Shown here piece by piece: positions 42,198 to 52,061 of a stretch of DNA of 64,000 nucleotides (its first letter is position 1; each line of letters begins with the position of its first letter). The stretch lies in the IMG/VR virus record IMGVR_UViG_3300047319_001747; one strand, written 5' to 3'. The notes beneath the pieces were generated by a model that was not told the origin of the DNA, searched no databases, and saw nothing but the letters and a program-made list of their open reading frames with translations. The DNA comes from an uncultured virus (IMG/VR IMGVR_UViG_3300047319_001747). Its lineage: Duplodnaviria > Heunggongvirae > Uroviricota > Caudoviricetes. Position numbers and translations under genes: made by a program.

Positions 42198-45100
42198 AGT
42201 GGTTTATGTTGGCCATCGTGCTGGTGGCTCAGGGCACGCTGATCAAGAACGAGAACGATACGCCTTCGCCGCCGTCCTTGCAGGATCTGTATCTCGCTTT
42301 GGCAGATGCCGGTGCTGCCAACGGGTCGAGCTGCGCGAATGCGCACGTCTACACGTGGTTCAATACCTCTGGAAACTGGGCTGGTTCATTTACAGTCGGG
42401 AAAGTCTCACCAGACACAGCCGTACATCTCTGCGGCACGTTCACGGGCGGCAACGCGACGACCTTTCTGACCGCTCAAGGAAGCGGAACGAGTGGGCATC
42501 CGATCACGGTGGTGTTTGAGTCTGGGGCCGTGATGCGCCCAAACTACTGTAACGCGAACGGCTGCATCGACCTGAATGGTAAGTCGTACCTCGTCATCAG
42601 TGGCGGCAGCACGCCGTGTGGTGCCGTGACGAAGTGGACGACAACCGCGTGTAATGGGCAGATCGAGAATTATGCTATCGGCTCGACCTCACTGACGTGC
42701 CCGAACGGAAGCACGTGTTCGGCGCTGGCGGGGTCTATCAAGACGGTCGGCGTGGGGAGCAACACCGGGGACCCCTCGCACATCGAAGTCAAGAACATCA
42801 AGCTCGGGCCGTTTTATACTCGCAATACGTCGGACCATACGGACGGCGGACAGTCGGCGTATGGGATTGGCCTGTTCGGTGGCACGCTCGCGCAGGACAT
42901 CACGCTGGACTATTCAGTCTGCGTCAGCGTGGCGAAGTGCTTCCTCGTCAGCCTTGGCAGTGCGTCCAGCACAGTGTCTGGCTACGTGATGCACCACGTC
43001 AACTCCAGTGACCAGTGCTGGGCGATGGGCGTCGGCGCAAACTCCACGACCCTGAACGTCGCTGGCCTCTTGTTTCACGACAATGAAGTGAGCAATTGGG
43101 CGGCGTTCGCGGCTGGCAACGCGACGGGCGGAGAAGACTGCCATGCGAACGGTACGATGTGGTTCAACGGCGACGGCGGGACCATTCATACGACAACGGG
43201 ATTCATTGGCGACAGCGCGAGCGGCAGCTATAACAACTACCTGCACGGGGATCTGGATGGTGGGTATTCAGGAGCGAGTGCATCAGGGTTCTTGAGCTGT
43301 CAAGATAATTGCATCAGCGTCTACTTCGTGAACAACGTGATCGTGGATACGTGCACGCTCAGCGCGTGCGGTGGCCCGTTCTACTTCAATGGCGCTGGTG
43401 GAGGCGGGCAGCGAGTTATCAACAACACCGTGGTGGCGACAGGTATCCCCAACTGCGTTCTTGTCACAGGCACAACGGGACCGACGGTCATCAAGAACAA
43501 CATCTGTTCGACGGTTGCGAACTTCATCGGCATCCTTCAGAGCACGCTGACTGGCTGGACGACGTCGGACTATAACGACGTCTATAACCTGACAAACCCG
43601 TCGAACTGGGTCTGCCAGAATACAGCGACGTGCAACAGCCTCGCCACGGAACAGGGCGCGGGCCGTGATGTGCACAGCTTTACGACGAACCCTAACTTGA
43701 CGGCAGACTATCACCTCAACGCGGGCTCGCCCGCGATTGGCACGGGCGTTAACCTGACGAGCCTCGGCATCACGGCGCTGAACAGCGACGTGGATGGGGT
43801 CGCGCGACCGGCCAGCGCTCCGTGGGATATTGGCGCTTCGCAGTACTCGACCCTGTTCTGTTCGGGCACCTGCTTCTATGTACGTTCCCTGTCCGCGTGT
43901 GCGAACAATGGCAATGGGACGTCGGCGAGCTGTGCAGCATCCCCTGGTGGCGCGGGCGCGTGGCGTGGGTTTGCTAACGTCTCATGGGGATCGGTGACAG
44001 GAGACACGACACTGAACCTCGTCGGCGGCGACACATACACGACGGGCCTCGTCACGGGTTCGTCTGGGACATCAGGACATCCTGTCAACATATCCGTGGT
44101 GACGGGCACGAGCAATACGGCGACGATCGACCTAGGGAATACGGTTGGATCGATTGGGTTTCGGTTTAACGATAACTATGTGACGTTTGATGGCCGCATA
44201 GGGTGGGCAGCAACAGGAACGACCACTTACGGCATTCGGGTGATCAACATTGCCTCTGATAGTGGGACCAGTTCCTACTGCGGATATGCCGACAGTGTGC
44301 ACCATGACATCATGCTCCACGTCGAGTGCAGCGGACATACTCAGGATTCGCACGATGACGTCGGCGGAGGCGTCTACTTCCACACGGTGGCGGTCGAAGC
44401 CAGCAACGGGTTCGAGCTGGGCTATGGGTGGGTCCATAGTGACATTCCGCCGGTCGTAATCACGAACATCACGGAGTCGGGCACGACGGCGACGGTGACG
44501 ACGGCGACGGCGCATGGGTTCCCCGGAGCGGGCACGTATTATGTTGGCGTGAAGGATCCAAGCCTTGGTGGCCCCTGTTCGCCTGCTGGTAGCATTAACA
44601 CCTGCCCTGGCTATGAAGGCACGCGCTGGATTGCGACGACGACCAGCCCGACAACGTTCACGTATTCCATCGGGCGCACAATCGACGGCGCCCACGACAC
44701 CATTCCGAGTGGACTTGGTACGTCGACAGGTGGACTGGCAATCTATCACTGGGACGCCAATGGCGCCTACGTCACAACACACTCGACGAGCACGACGTTC
44801 AACGTCGGCAAGGTGCATGATACGCTCGTGGAGAACATCTTCCATGACGGCCTGAAGGGCGGCGCGAACCTCTCGATCTACAACAACGTGATCAAGCACG
44901 TCGAGGGGTCGGGCCATTCCGATTCGCTGCTGATTCAGTCCGGTGGCTATTCGCAGATTTACAACAACTACGTCGAGAAGTCTGCGGACCAGAACATCTA
45001 CCTCGACAACCTCTACGATGCACCCTGTGCGCACCTTCGCGTCTACAACAACATCCTGAACAGCAACCTGGGGTTCGGGATCATCATCGACCCGGAAGGC

Positions 45101-45631
45101 GCAGCAGGCTCACCTCCGGCGTCGGCCAGCGGGTGCAGCGGCAGCAGTCCCTCGGCGTGGGACGACTTGGTGATCGCGAACAACACGTTCGTGTCGGCAT
45201 CAAGCTCGCACATTCGCAAGGGGCGCAGCAACCCGATTACGAACCTTGTCATCCTGAACAACATCTTTGGTGGCGGTCAGGTAGGTGGAGATACGCTGAC
45301 TGAGTTGTTCAACGGCTCGGCGGCATCATTCTTGAACTCGACGGCATGGGATTATGATCTGAACAACGCTGCATCAGGCGACGCGATCAGCAACTGGTCT
45401 GGGTCGAACCAGACGCTCGCGCAATTGCAGGCGTTGTCACCGTCACGCGAAGCGCACGGAACACTCGGTACGGCGACGTTCGTGAACGCGGGAGCTCACG
45501 ATTATCATCTGTCGCCGAGCGATACGGCGGCGAAAGGGACAGGGGTGGACGTGACGGCCACGTATCCCTATCTGGCGGCGGACAAGGACGGCCTCACGCG
45601 GGCGTCACCGCCAAACCGAGGGGCATACTGA
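42194..45631 (+). CDS. 1145-aa Cys/Thr/Gly/Ser-rich protein with two tandem beta-helix modules
   Basis: Each half ends in a DYHL...A.GTGV......D.DG..R......GA motif; many I.NN repeats; hydrophobic N-terminus. Confidence 0.8.
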   Translation: MKWFMLAIVLVAQGTLIKNENDTPSPPSLQDLYLALADAGAANGSSCANAHVYTWFNTSGNWAGSFTVGKVSPDTAVHLCGTFTGGNATTFLTAQGSGTSGHPITVVFESGAVMRPNYCNANGCIDLNGKSYLVISGGSTPCGAVTKWTTTACNGQIENYAIGSTSLTCPNGSTCSALAGSIKTVGVGSNTGDPSHIEVKNIKLGPFYTRNTSDHTDGGQSAYGIGLFGGTLAQDITLDYSVCVSVAKCFLVSLGSASSTVSGYVMHHVNSSDQCWAMGVGANSTTLNVAGLLFHDNEVSNWAAFAAGNATGGEDCHANGTMWFNGDGGTIHTTTGFIGDSASGSYNNYLHGDLDGGYSGASASGFLSCQDNCISVYFVNNVIVDTCTLSACGGPFYFNGAGGGGQRVINNTVVATGIPNCVLVTGTTGPTVIKNNICSTVANFIGILQSTLTGWTTSDYNDVYNLTNPSNWVCQNTATCNSLATEQGAGRDVHSFTTNPNLTADYHLNAGSPAIGTGVNLTSLGITALNSDVDGVARPASAPWDIGASQYSTLFCSGTCFYVRSLSACANNGNGTSASCAASPGGAGAWRGFANVSWGSVTGDTTLNLVGGDTYTTGLVTGSSGTSGHPVNISVVTGTSNTATIDLGNTVGSIGFRFNDNYVTFDGRIGWAATGTTTYGIRVINIASDSGTSSYCGYADSVHHDIMLHVECSGHTQDSHDDVGGGVYFHTVAVEASNGFELGYGWVHSDIPPVVITNITESGTTATVTTATAHGFPGAGTYYVGVKDPSLGGPCSPAGSINTCPGYEGTRWIATTTSPTTFTYSIGRTIDGAHDTIPSGLGTSTGGLAIYHWDANGAYVTTHSTSTTFNVGKVHDTLVENIFHDGLKGGANLSIYNNVIKHVEGSGHSDSLLIQSGGYSQIYNNYVEKSADQNIYLDNLYDAPCAHLRVYNNILNSNLGFGIIIDPEGAAGSPPASASGCSGSSPSAWDDLVIANNTFVSASSSHIRKGRSNPITNLVILNNIFGGGQVGGDTLTELFNGSAASFLNSTAWDYDLNNAASGDAISNWSGSNQTLAQLQALSPSREAHGTLGTATFVNAGAHDYHLSPSDTAAKGTGVDVTATYPYLAADKDGLTRASPPNRGAY

Positions 45632-45632
45632 C

Positions 45633-46337
45633 ATGGCATTCAGTCACGTTTCTGGTCAGGGAGCTGAAGCTGACCTGGCTGCAGGCACCGTGATCCTGAC
45701 CCTACCTAATGCCCCTGCAGTCGGAAACCTCGTGCTGGTGGGCATCGGCTGGTATGACGGCACAAACACTAGCTCAGTCCCGACCGTGCAAGATGGAAAT
45801 GGCAATACGTATACCGTCGTCCCAGCGCATGCGGAAACGTTTAGTACCGTAGCTGGCTCAGCCTACCTTGCCTATTGGGTAGCGACCGGCACGCCGCATA
45901 AAACTATCACGGTTTCTTTTCCAATCAACGCGGCCGTCGCCGCTGAAGCATTCATCGATGAATTCAGCGCGGGTGGCGCTGGAACGATCAGCTTGTCGAG
46001 CGGTTCAGATACTGCGGGCACTGGGACGGCAGGAACTTCAATCAACACGCCGACTGTTCCAGTGGGTGCGGCCGGGACGCTGGTGTACTTCGTGACAGCA
46101 TCTGGGTCACAGGTTACTGGTTATGGTGGCGCTTTTACAGCAGGAGGCGGAGCACCTACGTTGCCGACGGCGATGGGCATGGGCGTGTGTTATGCCCTCA
46201 GTCAATCGTCGAACACTACCAACGACATGACGCAAGCCGTGAACAGCGAGGAACACTGGGATAGCGTGGGAGCTGCATTCATCATTTCGGCAGGCGGTGG
46301 CGGCACTCCGGCACGCATCATCATTACGCCCACATAA
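45633..46337 (+). CDS. Beta-rich virion-associated protein
   Basis: GNLVLV...V.D..GNTYT motif; Thr/Gly/Ala-rich. Confidence 0.7.
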   Translation: MAFSHVSGQGAEADLAAGTVILTLPNAPAVGNLVLVGIGWYDGTNTSSVPTVQDGNGNTYTVVPAHAETFSTVAGSAYLAYWVATGTPHKTITVSFPINAAVAAEAFIDEFSAGGAGTISLSSGSDTAGTGTAGTSINTPTVPVGAAGTLVYFVTASGSQVTGYGGAFTAGGGAPTLPTAMGMGVCYALSQSSNTTNDMTQAVNSEEHWDSVGAAFIISAGGGGTPARIIITPT

Positions 46338-49007
46338 ATGGCTGTCGCCTACGATACATCGGTCGAGACCCCCACCGGGACGACGTTCACCGCGAGCGTC
46401 GCGACGATGGACATCTCCATCACGCCGTCGTCGAGCGTGAAGGGGCTGCTGGTCTTCGTCTTCACGAACGGCGTCACGACGGACGACGCGACGAGCGTCA
46501 AGATCAATCCCGCGGGCGCGAACATCGACGTCCCTGCGGTGGCGAGCGGTCGGGCGGTCGACACGGCGACGGAGCCGGGCAGTTGCAAGACGTACTTCCT
46601 TGGTCAGGGGCTGCCTGCTGGTGGCTCGGCGTGGACGGTCCGCCTCAACCGCACGAACAACACGGACGGCATGTACATGGTGGCCGTCACGGTCATCGCG
46701 AACAACAACACCGAGGTGACGGGCGTCTCGCTCGCGCAAGAGAATGGTGCGGTCGCCGAGGTCGCGACCGACGACGGGTCGAACGGCGTCGATTCGGTCC
46801 GCTTCGCCGGGACGTACTACGGCGGCACGAGCATCACGGCGGGTACCGCCTCGACTGTCATCCAGTCGCTGCTCGCGTCGGCGACGGCGTGCGGCGTGGT
46901 GCGCGAGACGACGGCGGGACAGGGCTCGCGGAACGTCGGCTTCAACATGTCGACGGACGACAGGGCGGCCGTGTATCTGGCCGTACGCGAGATGGTCAAG
47001 ACCGTCGCGGTTCCGTTGGGCGGATACGTTGCGGCTGGTCTGACGACCGCCCTCGCCTATACCAAGGCGATGGTCCTCGGCGGCATCGTCCTCGCGGGCG
47101 CGAAGCCTGCGGTCGCGTTCATCGGCCCTGAGATCGGGGCCGTCACGTATACGGGGCTGGCACCAACGGTCAACGTTGGGACTGGCGGCGCGACGACGAT
47201 CGCCATGCCATTGGGGTCAGTAGCCTATGCTGGGCTGACTCCCAACCTGGCGTACGTGCGGTCGCTTCCGCTTGGGTCGGTCACCTACGCGGGGCTCCAA
47301 TCCAATTTAGCGTACGTCCGGGCGTTGCCGCTTGGCGCGGCGACGTACGCAGGACTTACACCCAACTTGGCGTACGTCCGTGCGCTGCCGTTGGGTGCCG
47401 TGACCTATGCAGGCTTGGCGCCAACGGCGGGCGGCACGGTTACCATTTCGCTTCCGCTTGGTGCGGTCACGTATGCCGGGCTGGCGCCATCGACGGGTGG
47501 TGCCGTAACAATTGCGCTCCCACTTGGGTCGGTTGCTTATACGGGCCTCAGCCCGTCGCTCGCCTACGTCAGTACGCTGCCACTGGGCGCAGTTACCTAT
47601 GCGGGGCTGACGCCGAACATTGCGCTTGTTCGTGCTCTACCCTTAGGTGCCGTGACCTATGCAGGGCTGACGCCGAGCCTCGCCTACGTGCGTACGCTGC
47701 CGCTGGGCAGCTTGACGTTGACCGGACTGACACCAGCCCTCAGCGTGGCCTCTTCTGGCACGATCGTCATGCCGTTGGGAGCGCTGTCGGTCGCGGGCCT
47801 GAAGCCAGCCATCGCGTTCCTCGGGCCATCGACGGGCGCGGTCGCCTATACGGGACTGGCGCCGACGGTCAGTATCGGCGGTGCTGGCGGCACGACGATT
47901 GCCATTCCACTTGGTTCCGTCACGTACACGGGCCTGACGCCGACGCGGGTGGTCAGTGGCACGGTGACGATTGCCATTCCAGCTGGCTCCATCGTCCTAA
48001 CGGGCAACTACGTCGGCATCGCGTTCATCATTCCTCCGCCGGGACAGGTCACGTATACCGGCTTGGCGCCGACGGTCGTCATCGGGAATACGGGCACGAC
48101 GATTGCCATTCCGATAGGCACCGTCACCTACACAGGGAAGACGCCGAACCTCGCGCGGACGATCTTCCCCGGCCTCGGCGCGGCGACCTACACAGGGCTG
48201 ACGCCGAACCTCGCCTTCGTCCGTACACTGCCGCTCGGCGCGGTCACCTATACCGGCCTGACGCCCACCGTCTCAGCAGGGGTGATGGTCGCGCTGCCGC
48301 TTGGCACGGTCACGTACACGGGCCTGACGCCGATCCGCGGCGGCTCGACGAACGTCGCGCTGCCGCTCGGGTCGGTGACATACGCAGGCCTCACGCCATC
48401 GCTGGCGCGCGTGATTACCCTGCCGCTTGGCGCGGTGACGTGGACTGGCCTGACGCCGATCGCTGGCGGCACGATGACCATCCCGGTGCCCCTCGGCGGC
48501 GTCGTGCTGCAGGGACAGACGCCCTCGACGGGTGGCCCGGTCATTTCGGTTCCGCCTCGAGCGGTAGCCCTCACTGGCCTGTTGCCGACCCTGGCCAGAG
48601 CGATCCTGATGCCGGTCGGCACGGTGGTGCTGACGGGCAAGCAGGTGGCGGTCGGCGGCCCGGTCCTGCTCGCGATGCCGCGTGGCTCGGTGACGTACAC
48701 CGGCTACGTGATCGACATCACGGCCCCGATTGGCCATCAGGTGTTCCCTGGCGGCTTGGACGTGTTCCCGATCGGCATTCCCGGCGGCACAGATTATGAT
48801 GCCGCTGGCTACCCGGCCGGAACGACGGCCCTCGCCACGCTAACAGGTGGCCTAAGCGACCTGACGCCGAGCATCGTCGCCGGGACGAGTGCCCTCGCCT
48901 CCGCATCGGCAGGGTTGGGCGTCATCATGCCGAACGCGGTTGGCAATGCCGCAGGCGGCGTCGATGTGTTTGCGACCGCTACCGCTGGACTCGATGATGT
49001 GCGATAG
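46338..49007 (+). CDS. Fibre-like protein with ~27 PLG.VTY.GL.P repeats
   Basis: Globular N-terminal domain, then tandem ~17-25 aa repeats from ~47005 to ~48710. Confidence 0.85.
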   Translation: MAVAYDTSVETPTGTTFTASVATMDISITPSSSVKGLLVFVFTNGVTTDDATSVKINPAGANIDVPAVASGRAVDTATEPGSCKTYFLGQGLPAGGSAWTVRLNRTNNTDGMYMVAVTVIANNNTEVTGVSLAQENGAVAEVATDDGSNGVDSVRFAGTYYGGTSITAGTASTVIQSLLASATACGVVRETTAGQGSRNVGFNMSTDDRAAVYLAVREMVKTVAVPLGGYVAAGLTTALAYTKAMVLGGIVLAGAKPAVAFIGPEIGAVTYTGLAPTVNVGTGGATTIAMPLGSVAYAGLTPNLAYVRSLPLGSVTYAGLQSNLAYVRALPLGAATYAGLTPNLAYVRALPLGAVTYAGLAPTAGGTVTISLPLGAVTYAGLAPSTGGAVTIALPLGSVAYTGLSPSLAYVSTLPLGAVTYAGLTPNIALVRALPLGAVTYAGLTPSLAYVRTLPLGSLTLTGLTPALSVASSGTIVMPLGALSVAGLKPAIAFLGPSTGAVAYTGLAPTVSIGGAGGTTIAIPLGSVTYTGLTPTRVVSGTVTIAIPAGSIVLTGNYVGIAFIIPPPGQVTYTGLAPTVVIGNTGTTIAIPIGTVTYTGKTPNLARTIFPGLGAATYTGLTPNLAFVRTLPLGAVTYTGLTPTVSAGVMVALPLGTVTYTGLTPIRGGSTNVALPLGSVTYAGLTPSLARVITLPLGAVTWTGLTPIAGGTMTIPVPLGGVVLQGQTPSTGGPVISVPPRAVALTGLLPTLARAILMPVGTVVLTGKQVAVGGPVLLAMPRGSVTYTGYVIDITAPIGHQVFPGGLDVFPIGIPGGTDYDAAGYPAGTTALATLTGGLSDLTPSIVAGTSALASASAGLGVIMPNAVGNAAGGVDVFATATAGLDDVR

Positions 49008-49016
49008 GAGACTGAC

Positions 49017-49355
49017 ATGGCCGTAGGCACGACACCGCTGACGTTCTATCAGGGTGAGAACATCGCACCCCGTTTCACCATCAACGATTCGCGCGTGACC
49101 GATGTCACGGGGTGGACGGTGACCTTCGTCATCAAGGACACGCCAGCGGAGGTTGACCCGCCGCTCGTCTCGGCGAGCGCGGCCGTGATCGGCGGCTCGC
49201 CGTCGTTGGTCCTTGAGGTCGCCACGCTCCTGCCGCTGACGCTGCATCCCGGCACGTACGTCTACAGCTTGCGGCGGACGAACGTCGGCTTCGACTGGCA
49301 GTTGGCGCAAGGGACGTTGACCATCCTTGACTCTGCGTCCAAGGACAACATCTAA
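49017..49355 (+). CDS. BppU-like Ig-type adaptor protein
   Basis: QGE....FTI....DVTGWT..F.IK...G.Y.Y.L......LAQG.LTI; AGGAG SD. Confidence 0.6.
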   Translation: MAVGTTPLTFYQGENIAPRFTINDSRVTDVTGWTVTFVIKDTPAEVDPPLVSASAAVIGGSPSLVLEVATLLPLTLHPGTYVYSLRRTNVGFDWQLAQGTLTILDSASKDNI

Positions 49356-49663
49356 TGGTCGCCGTCAAGCCGGGTGACAGCGTCACGCAGAACCGCGGCG
49401 ACACCGTGGTCTACCAGCTGAAGTTCGCCGACTGGAGCGCGGACCTCGAGCGCCCGGACAACAAGAACGCCAGGATCGCGCTGAAGGTCCTGACGGGCGA
49501 GCCGCTGAACCTCAAGGTCCTCCCCTACGCGCCTGGCAGTCAGCTGCAGGAGGTCCGCATCTCTGGCGGCGGCAAGAAGCGCGGCGACTACCAGGTGACG
49601 CGGACGGTGAAGTCGAACGAAGAAGTACGCGTACGGAGCTTCTCATTGAAGGTGATGCCCTAA
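49355..49663 (+). CDS. Putative fibre-adaptor protein
   Basis: Y...F.DW..DL...VRISGG...Y.V...V......RSF.L.V. Confidence 0.55.
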   Translation: MVAVKPGDSVTQNRGDTVVYQLKFADWSADLERPDNKNARIALKVLTGEPLNLKVLPYAPGSQLQEVRISGGGKKRGDYQVTRTVKSNEEVRVRSFSLKVMP

Positions 49664-50241
49664 TGGTGACGATCATCGCCACGCCAGGAGCAAGTAACGC
49701 TAACAGCTACATCACTGAGGTCGAAGCGGATGCCTACTTCGACGCGCGCCTGCCGCTCGTCCCGCCGTGGTCGGACGCCGCCGACCCGACGGCCGCGCTG
49801 GCGATGGCCACGCGGACGCTCGACGCGATGGCGCTGCCCTACAAGTACCTCGTCAAGGGGACGGGCGGCAGCATGTCCTACTACATCACGCGCCCGGCGT
49901 GGACCGGCACGCCCGCCACGGCGACGCAGCGGTTGGCCTGGCCGAGGATCGGGATGTTCGACGGCAATGGGAACCCAATCCCCTCGAACGTTATTCCCGA
50001 GGAGTTGAAGGAAGCGACCGCCGAGTTCGCCGGGCAGCTGGTACAGTCGGATACGACGCTCGACAACGCGGTCATCGTGCAGGGTCTGAAGTCGGTGAAG
50101 GCGGGCAGCGTGGCGCTGTCCTTCAAAGACATGATCGAGCAGCACGTCATCCCCGACATGGTGTGGAACCTGATGCCATCGAGTTGGTTCACCGACGAGA
50201 TCATCGAACCGGCGTGGCCGGCGATGTTTGACGTGCTGTAA
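49663..50241 (+). CDS. Head-tail adaptor
   Basis: ANSYIT..EADAYF, AT..LD, Q.LAWPR, IP.ELK.AT.E.A. Confidence 0.82.
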   Translation: MVTIIATPGASNANSYITEVEADAYFDARLPLVPPWSDAADPTAALAMATRTLDAMALPYKYLVKGTGGSMSYYITRPAWTGTPATATQRLAWPRIGMFDGNGNPIPSNVIPEELKEATAEFAGQLVQSDTTLDNAVIVQGLKSVKAGSVALSFKDMIEQHVIPDMVWNLMPSSWFTDEIIEPAWPAMFDVL

Positions 50242-50630
50242 TGGGCAGCATCCTCGACGCGCTCCGCGCTGGCATCAAGGTCGCCGATCAGGTGACGAAG
50301 CCCTTGCAGCCTATCGTCTTGTACGAGCAGGTGACGGGGAAGAACGAGTACGGCGTCTTCCAGTACGCGTCGCCCTACTCGATGCACGCGATCGTCGAGG
50401 AGCATCCGCAGCGCGTGCCGACGCGGGAAGGAATCTTGACGGAAGCGAAGGCCACGTTGACGCTGCTGAGCATCCTGGAACTGGTCGTGGCAACGAGCGG
50501 TGAGGGCATCGGCGTGAACGATCGGTTTACTGACACGCGGAACCGAAAGTGGTTAGTCGTCGCCCTCGGTCCCGACGTGATCGACGCCGGCACCGGCATC
50601 CCCCTCGTGACGACGGTGTACCTCGGATGA
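50241..50630 (+). CDS. Head closure/stopper protein
   Basis: 129 aa, beta-rich, directly after the adaptor. Confidence 0.6.
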   Translation: MGSILDALRAGIKVADQVTKPLQPIVLYEQVTGKNEYGVFQYASPYSMHAIVEEHPQRVPTREGILTEAKATLTLLSILELVVATSGEGIGVNDRFTDTRNRKWLVVALGPDVIDAGTGIPLVTTVYLG

Positions 50631-51382
50631 TCACCATCTGCTTCACGTATTTCAAGAGTTTGACGCTTGAGAATCTCCGCGCCGCGCTCTATTCTGTCCG
50701 AACTCAAGATTTAGCTCTGGCTTCTGAGCTCGTCATCGTAGATAATGCCACTGCAGATTCGGAACAGGACATCCAGGCCGAAATTGACTCTCAGCACTTT
50801 CCAATTCCGACGCGGCTCTGCTCGGTCAAGCACGGGGACCCGACACGGGAGCAGGCCTGGTCGACGAACCTTACGGTCCGACAGGGCCGCGGGTGGGTCT
50901 TCTATACACGCGCGGACTATCTACTCGACCCCTCGATCCTCAACAAGTTCTCTGCCGTCGTCGCCTGCAAGCCGACAGACTGGGATGGCTTCATCGTGAG
51001 CCACGGCTGCCACCTCGGGAACTCCATCGGCGAGGTGGAGCAGACGACGTGGCGGACGAATGGCACGCGCGTGCTGAATGGCATCGTCTACGACTACACC
51101 GAGGTTGACTCCGGCGTGTGGATGGCGCGACGCGAGACGTTCGACCGCGTCGGCGGATTCGACGAGCGCCTGTCGTCGTGGGGTCACGCGCAGACGGAGT
51201 TCCAGTACCGGATGTTCGGCGCGGGCGTGGAGTTCGTGCGCATTCCAGAAACGCTCTTCTATCACCCGGCGCACGGCGGCGCGAAGGACATGGACCGCGC
51301 GAACCAGCAGCTGGCGACGGTCGGGACGAACCTGAAGATGATGTGGGCACGGTATCACGGCGAGTCACCCTATGGCCGGTAG
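50627..51382 (+). CDS. GT-A glycosyltransferase (GT2 with a GT7C-like C-terminus)
   Basis: ELVIVDN, RADY (DxD position), F.RVGGFDE.L..WG...EF.YR. Confidence 0.82.
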   Translation: MITICFTYFKSLTLENLRAALYSVRTQDLALASELVIVDNATADSEQDIQAEIDSQHFPIPTRLCSVKHGDPTREQAWSTNLTVRQGRGWVFYTRADYLLDPSILNKFSAVVACKPTDWDGFIVSHGCHLGNSIGEVEQTTWRTNGTRVLNGIVYDYTEVDSGVWMARRETFDRVGGFDERLSSWGHAQTEFQYRMFGAGVEFVRIPETLFYHPAHGGAKDMDRANQQLATVGTNLKMMWARYHGESPYGR

Positions 51383-52061
51383 GCCCTACACGCGTTCGCT
51401 CGATCCTGGCGACTATCAGTACTTGTCGCATGCGCACTTCCTGCGGCTGTTCGTCGCGGAGATGACGCGGACCGGCGTGCCGCACCGCGAGTGGCACGAG
51501 CACCGGCTGTGGGAATACGCTAGCATCATGCAGCAGCTGGAGGACTTGAAGGTACCGGAGGACGCGGAGATCGTCGACGTCGGCGCGGGCGCGAGCTTCT
51601 TCGATCCTTACTGCGCACGTCAGTATCCCAACCTCCTCTGCGTCGACAACATGCTGTATGGCGACATAACGCTGATGGTCGACGCGCAGCGCAAGGCGTA
51701 CGGCGTCGCGTTGCCACTGCACGACGGCACGGCGACGCTGGCATCAGAGCACTTCGACGTGACGCTGTGCATCAGCACCATCGAGCACGCCGAGGACCAC
51801 GACGCGGCCTTCGACGAGCTGGTCCGCATCACGAAGCCAGGCGGATTGATCATGCTCACGTCGGACTACTTCCGTGACCTGACCCAGTGGCAGAACTCGC
51901 CGAGCCGGCACCTCCAGGCGACGCCGTACACGCAGAAGTTCGTCGAGAGCCTGCCGGGCTGCTGGCCCGTGAGCTTCGTCGGCGAGACGGACCTCGAGTA
52001 CCGCGGCGACTTCGTGCACAACTATTCGTTCTGTAACGTCTGCCTGAGGAAGTCATGCTGA
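51372..52061 (+). CDS. Class I SAM-dependent methyltransferase
   Basis: R.WEY, IVDVGAG, FDV..CISTIEH, ELVRI.KPGG. Confidence 0.88.
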   Translation: MAGRPYTRSLDPGDYQYLSHAHFLRLFVAEMTRTGVPHREWHEHRLWEYASIMQQLEDLKVPEDAEIVDVGAGASFFDPYCARQYPNLLCVDNMLYGDITLMVDAQRKAYGVALPLHDGTATLASEHFDVTLCISTIEHAEDHDAAFDELVRITKPGGLIMLTSDYFRDLTQWQNSPSRHLQATPYTQKFVESLPGCWPVSFVGETDLEYRGDFVHNYSFCNVCLRKSC

